DNA from: Pseudomonadota bacterium
Lineage (GTDB): Bacteria; Pseudomonadota; Alphaproteobacteria; Rhodobacterales; Rhodobacteraceae
DNA: 64,000 nucleotides
Reading direction: 5' to 3'
Assembly: GCA_039030615.1 (NCBI GenBank)
Contig: JBCCDV010000010.1
Span: 55,612-119,611 of the forward strand
A model generated the notes under the pieces. It saw only the letters and a program-made list of their open reading frames with translations. It searched no databases and was not told the origin of the DNA. This document shows, piece by piece, positions 9,005 to 17,159 of the stretch; the first letter of the stretch is position 1; each line of letters starts with the position of its first letter. A program made the translations under genes and the position numbers.

Positions 9005-9015
9005 GAACGTCTCCC

Positions 9016-9648
9016 TCAGTCTATTATTAGGCGTGCCGCAAGGCCGCCAAAAAGTATTGCAGTGATTTTGTTCAGGATGCGCACGCGTGTGCGCAGCGCG
9101 TCGGCGAAGGTGCCCGTCACGACGGCAAGCGTCATCGCAAAGACAAAGCCGTTGACCAAGAAAATCGCACCAAGGATCAAAATTTGCATCCAGATCGGAC
9201 CAATCGACGGGTTTGTGAATTGCGGAATGAAAGCAAAGATAAACAGCGCCGTTTTCGGGTTAAGCACATTCGTAACGAAGCCGCGCCCTATGGCGCGCTT
9301 GATGCTCTGTGCAGACTGCCCGTCCGCAAGCACGCCGATCGCATTCCAGCTTTGCCACGCAATATACAACAAATACGCAGCGCCAGCATATCGCACCAGA
9401 TCATATGCTGCCGGATTTGCGATCAAGACAGCCGAAAGTCCAGCCGCAGCCGCGCAAACATGTACCAAAATACCGAGGTTCACCCCTAACGCAGCGCAAA
9501 TGCCGACCTTCGGCCCACCTGCGATCGAGGAGGCGCTTATGAAGACAAAATCGGCGCCCGGAGTGATGTTCAGCAACAAACCCGCGAGCACGAATGCGAC
9601 CAACAGAGCCGGGTCAAAACTGAGGAGGACATCAAGCATAGGCGTCAA
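9016..9648 (-). CDS. LysE/RhtB-family translocator
   Basis: ITPGAD, GAAYLLY and NVLNPKTALF motifs, hydrophobic helices. Confidence 0.85.
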   Translation of the reverse strand: MTPMLDVLLSFDPALLVAFVLAGLLLNITPGADFVFISASSIAGGPKVGICAALGVNLGILVHVCAAAAGLSAVLIANPAAYDLVRYAGAAYLLYIAWQSWNAIGVLADGQSAQSIKRAIGRGFVTNVLNPKTALFIFAFIPQFTNPSIGPIWMQILILGAIFLVNGFVFAMTLAVVTGTFADALRTRVRILNKITAILFGGLAARLIID

Positions 9649-10028
9649 TACCTCTCGATATGCGGCGCATCGTTTGTGAGCGCATAGTAGCCGCCTTTGT
9701 CAGCGGTAAAAATGTGCTTACCGGGCTTAAGATCGTGAGGCTCCTCAATGCAGCCCGCCGCGATGCCGACCCCGTCCTCATTATTCATTCGGTAGAACAG
9801 GCTGGAGCCGCATTGGTTGCAGAACCCCCGCTTCGCCCAATCGGAGGATGTGTACCACGTCAGCCCGTCATCCTTTGTGAAGTTGAGCGAGGCCCAAGGC
9901 GCCCGGGTCGCCGCCCATTGATGTCCACTGGTACGGCGGCATTGGCTGCAATGGCAAAAGGTGACCTCGAGGCGCAACTCTGGCACCTCAAAGGCAACGG
10001 CTCCACATTCGCAACTGCCTTTATACAT
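9645..10028 (-). CDS. GFA/CENP-V family protein (glutathione-dependent formaldehyde-activating enzyme-like)
   Basis: GSCECG, CHCSQCRR and RGFCNQCGSSLF Zn motifs. Start at ATG 10028 (or GTG 10031), overlapping the upstream stop, after GGAGGG. Confidence 0.85.
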   Translation of the reverse strand: MYKGSCECGAVAFEVPELRLEVTFCHCSQCRRTSGHQWAATRAPWASLNFTKDDGLTWYTSSDWAKRGFCNQCGSSLFYRMNNEDGVGIAAGCIEEPHDLKPGKHIFTADKGGYYALTNDAPHIERY

Positions 10029-10648
10029 CACGCCCTCCCCGGTGCGGACGCGCTGCCCAACAGCACGCCGTAGATGATAAAACATGACGCCATCACCCGG
10101 CGCACCCAGATATTCAGGATCGCGCTCATCGCCGAGCGGCCTAGGCCTGCCCCGATAGCCGTGTAAGTCAGGTAGCTGGCCGCCGTGATGGCTAAAGCCG
10201 TCGGCATGATCACCCACATTTGCGACCAGACCGGCACATCGGGCTGCACAAACTGGCTAAAGGCCGCGAAATAGCCTGCGATAGATTTGACGTTGATCGT
10301 CGCGATCAAAAAGGCGCGTCCGTAAATGGATTGGGCGGAAACGTAACCAGGAGCCACAGGCTTACCTGCGTTCAGCCAGCCCCGTATCCCAAGATAGATC
10401 AGGAATGCGGCACTGATCAGCTTAGCATAGAGAAACGCTTCGGGGACCGACGCCAAAACGGCGGTGATACCAGCCGCTGACAAGATCAAGAACAACACTG
10501 CTTGCGTTAGAATACCCAACACGCCCCAGAGCGCGCGTTTGAAACCATGTGTCATGCCGTTGGTGACGCAATTGACCGCATTCGGGCCGGGCGTTGCAAC
10601 GAAAACCACCCAAAACAACGTGAATATGATCCATCCCTCGAATGACAT
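10028..10648 (-). CDS. LysE/RhtB-family translocator
   Basis: ATPGPN motif, AFLIYLG, hydrophobic profile. Start trimmed to MSFEGW. Confidence 0.82.
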   Translation of the reverse strand: MSFEGWIIFTLFWVVFVATPGPNAVNCVTNGMTHGFKRALWGVLGILTQAVLFLILSAAGITAVLASVPEAFLYAKLISAAFLIYLGIRGWLNAGKPVAPGYVSAQSIYGRAFLIATINVKSIAGYFAAFSQFVQPDVPVWSQMWVIMPTALAITAASYLTYTAIGAGLGRSAMSAILNIWVRRVMASCFIIYGVLLGSASAPGRA

Positions 10649-10649
10649 C

Positions 10650-11222
10650 TCAATACACCGGCGGCGCAATAACCCAGATCACCACTGCCGCGGCGGAGTA
10701 GGGATTGATCCATCTGAAGGGCTCCCCGCGTATGCGGAAGCTATCACCAGCGCTCAAGGCGTGCGTGACGCCATTTATCCAGATATCAAGCTTGCCCGAG
10801 ACGACATAACCGACCTCTTGCGTCGGACGGGTGACCGGCTCGGAAATCTGTGACCTGGGTTCAAACGTTGAATGCACCATTTCAAAATCATCTGTCAGAT
10901 CGGGGGATAGCAGCTCTTCTACCAATCCGGCCTCCCGAGATCCAATGGGCCTGCGCGCACCGGCACGCACGACATAGCCCTGTTCTGCAACCGGCACCGC
11001 GCTTTGGCGAAACAGGCTGGAAACAGAGACATCGAGCGCTTTGGCGATCATTCGCAGATCGGTCACGCCAGGTTCAGACTTGTCGCGCTCAACCTGGCTG
11101 AGCCAGCCAACAGAGCGGCCCAAAACCTCTGATAGCTCAATGAGGGTCATCCCACGCGCTTTGCGCAGCGCGCGCAAGTCGGCACCGAGCGTCTTGGTTT
11201 GCGCGGGATTGTCGAGCTTCAT
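10650..11222 (-). CDS. XRE-family HTH transcriptional regulator with C-terminal cupin
   Basis: LRALRKARGMTL...SVGWLSQVERDKSEP HTH, cupin EVGYVVSG...GDSF. Start trimmed to MKLDNP at 11222. Confidence 0.88.
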   Translation of the reverse strand: MKLDNPAQTKTLGADLRALRKARGMTLIELSEVLGRSVGWLSQVERDKSEPGVTDLRMIAKALDVSVSSLFRQSAVPVAEQGYVVRAGARRPIGSREAGLVEELLSPDLTDDFEMVHSTFEPRSQISEPVTRPTQEVGYVVSGKLDIWINGVTHALSAGDSFRIRGEPFRWINPYSAAAVVIWVIAPPVY

Positions 11223-11235
11223 CTGGTCCCAGTTC

Positions 11236-11260
11236 GTGAAATTTATCGCTATATTTTCAC
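11236..11260. promoter_or_regulatory. Inverted repeat GTGAAA-N13-TTTCAC just upstream of the XRE regulator
   Basis: GTGAAATTTATCGCTATATTTTCAC, 14 nt from the start codon. AT-rich candidate autoregulatory operator. Confidence 0.4.
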
Positions 11261-11380
11261 GTAAAGGCAAAGCCTCGAGTCGCGCAAGTCTTTTTGCGAC
11301 ACCGGGTGTCGGGCGCCAGTCTGAGGCTGCGCCAAAGGCGACGCCGAGGCATAGATGGGCACCGCAGGTGCGCCTTTGGA

Positions 11381-11839
11381 TCACGCCACGTTTTGGAACG
11401 CCTTTGCCAAAATTTGTCCAAGCTGGGTCGCGTCATCTTGGCTGAACGCCGCTGGTTGGTTGCTGTCGATATCAAACACCCCCAAAAGCCGTGCGTTGCC
11501 ATCATAGACCGGCACCACCAACTCAGACCGCGTCGAGCTCGCGCAGGCAATATGGCCTGGAAACGCATCCACATCGTCGACGCGTTGTACTTCCCCTGAG
11601 CGCGCAGCCGTGCCACACACGCCTCTGGAAAAAGGGATCACAAGACAACCGTGGCCGCCTTGATATGGACCGATTTTCAATAGCTCTGGCGCGACGACGC
11701 GGTAGAACCCTGTCCAGTCAAAGCGATCGTCACTGTGGTGGACCTCGCATGCAATGGTCGCCATCAGCGCGACCACATCCATTTCCCCGTACGTCAGGCT
11801 TTCAATGGTCCGAGCAAGCGTTTGGTAGTCGACGCTCAT
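11381..11839 (-). CDS. GAF-domain protein, free methionine-R-sulfoxide reductase (fRMsr/MsrC-like)
   Basis: WTGFY, GPYQG..GC, GVCGTAA, FPGHIAC and SELVVP motifs. ATG overlaps the thiolase stop. Confidence 0.8.
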   Translation of the reverse strand: MSVDYQTLARTIESLTYGEMDVVALMATIACEVHHSDDRFDWTGFYRVVAPELLKIGPYQGGHGCLVIPFSRGVCGTAARSGEVQRVDDVDAFPGHIACASSTRSELVVPVYDGNARLLGVFDIDSNQPAAFSQDDATQLGQILAKAFQNVA

Positions 11840-13008
11840 GGTCGTTCGATGGCAATCGCGGTGCCCTCGCCGCCGCCAATGCAAATCGCCGCCACCCCGC
11901 GTTTGAGATTTCTCTTTTCAAGCGCGTTGAGCAGAGTCACCATGATACGGGCGCCTGATGCACCGATTGGATGCCCAAGGGCGCAAGCACCGCCGTTGAC
12001 ATTCACTTTGGCGTGGTCGAGCGCCATCTCTTGCATGAAGGCCATCGGCACCACTGCAAACGCTTCATTGACCTCCCAAAGGTCGACGTCGTCTATTGTC
12101 CATCCAATTCGTTCCAAAAGCTTTTGCGCGGCTGGCACGGGAGCCGTGGTAAACCAAGCCGGTGCCTGCGCGTGGGACGCGTGGCCGATTATCTCCGCGC
12201 GCACCGAGAGCCCCTTGAGCTCTGCTACTTCCGCCGAAGCCAAAACCAAGGCCGCCGCCCCATCTGAAATAGAAGACGCGTTGGCCGCCGTCACCGTCCC
12301 ACCGTCGCGAAAGGCGGGTTTCAGATGTGGGATCTTTTCCGGGCGGGCTTTGCCTGGCTGTTCGTCATTTTCGATATGCACGTCACCGGCGCGTGTCCGA
12401 AGGGTCACCGGGGCAATCTCATGCTCAAAGGCGCCTGCCTCTTCCGCTTCCAGCGCGCGGTTCAACGAAGCCAGCGCATACGCATCCTGCGCTTCACGCG
12501 TAAACTGGAATTTCTCGGCACAATCCTCAGCGAAGGTGCCCATAAGGCGGCCCTTGTCATAGGCGTCTTCCAGGCCGTCAAGAAACATCGAGTCTTGCAC
12601 TTGGCCATGTCCAATACGCGCGCCGCCGCGCATTTTCTCAAGAAGATATGGCGCCCCGCTCATGCTTTCCATCCCGCCGGCGACCATCGTATCGGCGTAA
12701 CCGAGGGCGATCTGATCATAGGCCATCATGGCGGCTTTCATGCCTGAGCCGCACATTTTGTTCAAAGTCGTCGCCGGAACCTCTTCACTCAGGCCCGCGG
12801 CGAAGCCCGCCTGACGCGCCGGGGCCTGACCCTGGCCGGCCGGCAGAACGCAGCCCATGAGCACTTCGTCTACGCGATCAATCCCTGCCTGTTCCAAAGC
12901 CGCACGGATGGCAGCACCGCCAAGCTCCGTCGCGGGTGTGCTTGCGAAATCGCCTTGAAACCCACCCATCGGCGTCCGGCTGGCACCAGCAATAACCACG
13001 CGCTTCAT
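11836..13008 (-). CDS. Acetyl-CoA C-acyltransferase (thiolase)
   Basis: NKMCGSG (active Cys), NEAF, GHPIGASG and CIGGGEG motifs. Confidence 0.93.
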   Translation of the reverse strand: MKRVVIAGASRTPMGGFQGDFASTPATELGGAAIRAALEQAGIDRVDEVLMGCVLPAGQGQAPARQAGFAAGLSEEVPATTLNKMCGSGMKAAMMAYDQIALGYADTMVAGGMESMSGAPYLLEKMRGGARIGHGQVQDSMFLDGLEDAYDKGRLMGTFAEDCAEKFQFTREAQDAYALASLNRALEAEEAGAFEHEIAPVTLRTRAGDVHIENDEQPGKARPEKIPHLKPAFRDGGTVTAANASSISDGAAALVLASAEVAELKGLSVRAEIIGHASHAQAPAWFTTAPVPAAQKLLERIGWTIDDVDLWEVNEAFAVVPMAFMQEMALDHAKVNVNGGACALGHPIGASGARIMVTLLNALEKRNLKRGVAAICIGGGEGTAIAIERP

Positions 13009-13100
13009 CTCGAAAATCCCTTTAAAATTGTTTGTAGCTGCATACCGAATGGTAACGATTGGAGTCTAGACGTGAGGCTAGTGTATCTCGGAGCCTTGTA

Positions 13101-13445
13101 ATGGATCTTATCCGCCGAAACGAAGACGATATTTTGATACTTACACCGGATTCGGATCGGATTGATGCTGCATGCGCAATTCATCTGAAAGACCAATTCC
13201 GCGAAGCGGTGGAGGAGGTCGAGGGACGCGTCGTCATGGACCTGTCCGGCATCAGTTTCATGGACAGTAGCGGGCTAGGTGCCATGGTATCGGCGTTGAA
13301 ATTGCTCAAAGGCCGCAAACTTGAATTGGCGGGTCTGACACCGGTCGTTGCCAAAGTCTTTAAACTGACGCGGATGGACCAAGTATTCATCATCCACGAT
13401 GATCTTGGTTCAGCTCTCACTGCCGATGGTGCAAATGCAGCATGA
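13101..13445 (+). CDS. rbaV: STAS-domain anti-sigma factor antagonist (RbaV/RsbV-like)
   Basis: DLSGISFMDSSGLG with the phospho-acceptor Ser, paired with a downstream RsbW-like gene. The name follows the Rhodobacter capsulatus rbaVW operon and is inferred. Confidence 0.75.
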   Translation: MDLIRRNEDDILILTPDSDRIDAACAIHLKDQFREAVEEVEGRVVMDLSGISFMDSSGLGAMVSALKLLKGRKLELAGLTPVVAKVFKLTRMDQVFIIHDDLGSALTADGANAA

Positions 13446-13914
13446 AAACGTTTCAAACAACGGGCCCCGTTTAGCGGGACCCGGAACACTTCTCGCCGTG
13501 TTTCGAGGACAAACCGGTGGCTATGGCATTCGTATGCTTATGGCCGATATTCGCGAAGCGTTGCAAAACGAGGATAAACTCTCGGTCGAGCTATTGAGCA
13601 ATGCAGAGCTCATTATCAGTGAAGTCCTCAACAATATTGAGGAACATAGCTACGCCAACGAACCTGATTGTCCTCTGCGCGTCGCTATTTCTTTGATCAA
13701 CGAGACAACTATCGAAGTCGAAACACAAGATTTTGGTGAGCCGATGCCCGGTCTAAAACTGCCACCAAAAAGTTTGCCGAATACGGACGTTCCACTGGAA
13801 GATCTGCCCGAAGGCGGATTCGGCTGGTTCCTAATCCATACCTTGGCGCCGCAGACAACTTATACACGCAAAGGGCAGCGCAACATTCTTACGTTCAGCC
13901 TTGATGATTGCTGA
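13435..13914 (+). CDS. rbaW: Anti-sigma factor Ser/Thr kinase (RbaW/RsbW-like, HATPase_c_2)
   Basis: ELIISEVLNNIEEHSY N-box, QDFG, LPEGGFGWFLI G-box. Start uncertain (13399, 13426 or 13435). Confidence 0.75.
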   Translation: MQHENVSNNGPRLAGPGTLLAVFRGQTGGYGIRMLMADIREALQNEDKLSVELLSNAELIISEVLNNIEEHSYANEPDCPLRVAISLINETTIEVETQDFGEPMPGLKLPPKSLPNTDVPLEDLPEGGFGWFLIHTLAPQTTYTRKGQRNILTFSLDDC

Positions 13915-14057
13915 AAGCAGCCGAAAGTACTGTTTCCAATCGCTAAACCGCCAAGATGTATTGTTTTCCGAAACAGCTGCGATGCCCCATTTCTGACACC
14001 ATTTCTACAAAGCTAAGGCCCAATTCGGCGTCATCCCAATACCTGTAGCTGCATAGC

Positions 14058-14130
14058 TTCCCTCGGCGCTACGTTTATCAGCCCCCACCCAGATGCGTGG
14101 CGCCGAGGAACCTTCTTACCAACACCTCCT
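14058..14130. ncRNA. Candidate structured RNA: 13-bp stem with a C-rich loop followed by ACCTCCT
   Basis: CCTCGGCGCTACG (14061-14073) pairs with CGTGGCGCCGAGG (14096-14108), loop AGCCCCCACCCA, within a 280-nt ORF-free gap. Confidence 0.35.
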
Positions 14131-14194
14131 AGACATTCTCGACGCGGCTTCTATCTTGCGTGTTCCAAAAGAACATCTGTGAGGCAGGTCTCCA

Positions 14195-15775
14195 ATGCGC
14201 GATTTCCATTTCCCAGGCCGGTCTACTGTTTTCGCTGAAAACGGAATGTGTGCGACCTCCCATCCGCTTGCTGCGAAAGTTGCGGTTCAAATTTTGGAAG
14301 CCGGAGGAAACGCAGTTGATGCAGGTATTGCAGCAGGCGTTCTGCTCGGGATTTGCGAGCCGCAGATGACCGGAATTGGGGGCGATTGTTTTGTTTTGCT
14401 CAAAAAACCCGGAACCGATGATGTCATCGCCTTAAATGGCTCTGGGCGTGCGCCGGCGGGTTTGGACGCAGCAAACCTACGCGACGCCGGACAGACAACG
14501 CTGGACCCTTATTCTTGCGACGCCGTGACCGTCCCGGGCGCGATAGACGCGTTTTGCAGACTGTCCGAGGACCATGGAAAGATCGGGCTCAAAGCCACGC
14601 TCGCGCCCGCGATCTACTATGCCGAAAAGGGCGTGCCGGTCGGACCGCGAACAAGTTTTGACTGGAAAGAAGCGGAGCAGACACCTCAGGGCGCAGCCAA
14701 GGATTTCTACCTTATCGACGGCGTAGCGCCCGAACCGGGGGCGGTCTTCCGCGCTCCAAAACAGGCGGAGGTCTTGCGCCTTATCGCAGAGCAGGGCCGC
14801 GCTGGATTTTATGAAGGCGAAGTTGCGGAAGATATGGTCTCAACGCTGCAAGTGGCGGGGGGCACGCACACGCTCGACGATTTTGCGACGACATCATGTG
14901 ACTATACCGACCCAATTTCGGGCACTTACAAAGACCTCGAGCTGGTTGAGCATCCACCCAATGGGCAAGGCGCAACAGCGATCTTGATGAACAACATTCT
15001 TGCCCACTTCGACCTTGCAGATATGGATCCTGCTGGGACTTTCCGCGCGCATATCGAGGCGGAAGCCGCCAAGCTCGCCTATGACGCGCGCAATCGATTC
15101 CTCTCTGATCCTGATCACATGTCGCGCCTCGAACACATGGTCGCCAGCGAAACGGCGTCCCAGCTCGCTGCGTTGATTGACCCGAAGCGGGCGATGGCAT
15201 CGGCATCGGCGCTGTCTGAACAGGTTCACAAGGAGACAATCTACCTAACTGTCGTCGACCGCGATCTGATGGCCGTCTCTTTGATCTATTCGATTTTCCA
15301 CAGTTTCGGTTCCGGCATTGCGTCGGAAAAGTTTGGCGTTCTTTTTCAGAACCGCGGCGCAGGATTTACGCTTGAAGAGGGCCATCCAAATGAGGCCAAG
15401 GGCGGTAAACGCCCGATGCATACGATTATTCCCGGAATGTTGAAGCAGCAGGGAAAAGTGATCATGCCGTTCGGCGTTATGGGCGGCGCATATCAACCGA
15501 ATGGGCACGCGCGGTTTGTGACCAACCTCGCCGATTTTGGAATGCACGCACAGGAAGCGATTGATGCGCCACGCAGCTTCTCAGATGCCGGTGACATGAA
15601 GGTTGAGCGCGGGTATTCAGACAACGTGCGTCAGGAACTGAGCGATATGGGGCACAAAGTGTCGATCCCCGACACTCCGATTGGTGGCGCACAAGCGATC
15701 TTCATTGACCATGAAAAGGGCGTTCTTCATGGAGCGTCAGACCCACGTAAAGACGGTTGTGCCTTGGGCTATTGA
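14195..15775 (+). CDS. ggt: Gamma-glutamyltransferase family protein
   Basis: GGNAVDA, GIGGD, HPPNGQG, ETIYLTVVD (autoprocessing Thr), FQNRG, KRPMHTIIP, GASDPRKDG. Confidence 0.9.
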   Translation: MRDFHFPGRSTVFAENGMCATSHPLAAKVAVQILEAGGNAVDAGIAAGVLLGICEPQMTGIGGDCFVLLKKPGTDDVIALNGSGRAPAGLDAANLRDAGQTTLDPYSCDAVTVPGAIDAFCRLSEDHGKIGLKATLAPAIYYAEKGVPVGPRTSFDWKEAEQTPQGAAKDFYLIDGVAPEPGAVFRAPKQAEVLRLIAEQGRAGFYEGEVAEDMVSTLQVAGGTHTLDDFATTSCDYTDPISGTYKDLELVEHPPNGQGATAILMNNILAHFDLADMDPAGTFRAHIEAEAAKLAYDARNRFLSDPDHMSRLEHMVASETASQLAALIDPKRAMASASALSEQVHKETIYLTVVDRDLMAVSLIYSIFHSFGSGIASEKFGVLFQNRGAGFTLEEGHPNEAKGGKRPMHTIIPGMLKQQGKVIMPFGVMGGAYQPNGHARFVTNLADFGMHAQEAIDAPRSFSDAGDMKVERGYSDNVRQELSDMGHKVSIPDTPIGGAQAIFIDHEKGVLHGASDPRKDGCALGY

Positions 15776-16105
15776 TCAGTTGAAGTCGAATTGCAGCGGG
15801 TAGCTACCGCGCCCATCAAAGGACCCGAACATTCCGTCCAAATCGGGATGTTTCACAGGTTCGCCAGTGGAATCGAGAACAAGGTTTTGTTCCGACACAT
15901 AGGCCACGTAGAAGCTTTCCTCATTCTCGGCCAACAAATGGTAAAAAGGCTGATCACGACGGGGCCGAGCGGCCTCCGGGATTTTCTCATACCATTCCTC
16001 GGAATTCGAAAATTCTGCATCTACGTCGAAAATCACGCCTCGGAACGGGTGTTTTTTGTGACGTACGATTTGACCAAGCGTGTATTTGGCGGACTGTTTA
16101 AGCAT
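15776..16105 (-). CDS. hspQ: Heat shock protein HspQ (YccV-like)
   Basis: AKY.LGQIVRHK..PFRGVIFDVD, QPFYHLLAEN, YVSEQNL. Confidence 0.9.
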   Translation of the reverse strand: MLKQSAKYTLGQIVRHKKHPFRGVIFDVDAEFSNSEEWYEKIPEAARPRRDQPFYHLLAENEESFYVAYVSEQNLVLDSTGEPVKHPDLDGMFGSFDGRGSYPLQFDFN

Positions 16106-16191
16106 AACAATTGCAACCCCTCATAGGTCTAGATAGACCGGCGCGCGTGGGTTTGTCCATCAAATCAGCTACAAATTTAAGGAAACAGACT

Positions 16192-17073
16192 GTGAACCTG
16201 AGCCTTACAGTGCTGGAAATCGTAGCTCCCGTTTTTCTTTTGGCGGGGATCGGTTTTTGCTGGGTGAAGCTCGGTTTTGAGTATCGCATCGAGTTTGTTA
16301 CGCGCCTTGCGATGACCCTGTCGGTTCCGGCGCTGATCTTTGTCGCATTGATGCAGACAGAGATTGCGCCCAGCGCCCTTACAACCGTTTTTCTTGCTGC
16401 AATTGCAACATATGGGCTCATCACGGTGGCTTGCTACGTTCTGGTGAAGCTCGGCAAGCTCGAGACGCGAACCTTTCTTGCTCCTTTGATTTTCGGCAAT
16501 ACCGGCAATCTTGGGCTACCGCTTGCCCTGTTTGCTTTTGGACCCGAAGGGTTGGGCTATGCAGTCGTCATCTTCGCAATGATGGGGGTCTATTCGTTCA
16601 CATACGGCGTTTGGCTTGTCTCAGGCGGGGGCGATTTGCGCAAAATCGTGCAGGAGCCATTGGTCGGCGCCACCCTTCTAGGGGCTTTGTTTTTATGGCA
16701 AGGGTGGGAGACGCCGCGCTTTTTGACAAATACAATCGAGTTGATCGGCCAAATGGCCATTCCATTGATGCTGATTACCTTGGGCGTTGCGGTTGCGCGA
16801 TTGAGCCCCGGCGCCGTCACGCGCGCGATCACTCTTTCAGCCATCAAGGTGGTTATTTGCGGGGCAGCAGCGTGGGGAGCCGGGACATATTTCGGCCTAC
16901 CAGATGTCGCGCTGGCAGTCTTGATACTGCAGGCAACCACACCGGTTGCGGTCACCTCTTACTTACTCGCGGCCAAATATGAAGCCGATGCAGATCCGGT
17001 AGCCGGCCTTGTTGTGGTCTCAACGCTCATGTCTGTGGGCTTTATCCCGCTGATCCTTGCATTTTTAATCTAA
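16192..17073 (+). CDS. AEC (auxin efflux carrier) family transporter
   Basis: About 10 hydrophobic helices, FGNTGNLGLPL and TTPVAV motifs. Start trimmed to GTG 16192 after AAGGAA. Confidence 0.85.
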   Translation: MNLSLTVLEIVAPVFLLAGIGFCWVKLGFEYRIEFVTRLAMTLSVPALIFVALMQTEIAPSALTTVFLAAIATYGLITVACYVLVKLGKLETRTFLAPLIFGNTGNLGLPLALFAFGPEGLGYAVVIFAMMGVYSFTYGVWLVSGGGDLRKIVQEPLVGATLLGALFLWQGWETPRFLTNTIELIGQMAIPLMLITLGVAVARLSPGAVTRAITLSAIKVVICGAAAWGAGTYFGLPDVALAVLILQATTPVAVTSYLLAAKYEADADPVAGLVVVSTLMSVGFIPLILAFLI

Positions 17074-17091
17074 GCGACAGCATAGCGCACT

Positions 17092-17128
17092 TTGCGAGAA
17101 TGCCATTTTCGCTTATACTCAGCGAAAA
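17092..17128 (+). promoter_or_regulatory. Putative sigma70-type promoter whose -10 sits inside an 8-bp inverted repeat
   Basis: TTGCGA (17092-17097)-N16-TATACT (17114-17119). TTTTCGCT and AGCGAAAA flank the -10. Confidence 0.3.
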
Positions 17129-17159
17129 GCCGGTAAACAGGCAAAAAGCGAGCAGGCAC

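Noticed and set aside
10650-11384. Long N-terminal extensions in the ORF track (XRE regulator, pmbA, rnhB, DUF721, GFA, ubiH, yggS)
   Set aside because: The extensions overlap neighbouring genes or promoter-like DNA and lack family similarity. Downstream starts fit better.
13022-13036. CtrA box upstream of rbaV (also near 18360 before lolA)
   Set aside because: The second half-site is TGTA at N7 in the first case, and the spacing is N6 in the second. Neither fits TTAA-N7-TTAA.
14041-14060. lux box (starts ACCTGTAG)
   Set aside because: Only the left half matches. There is no CTG-N10-CAG dyad.
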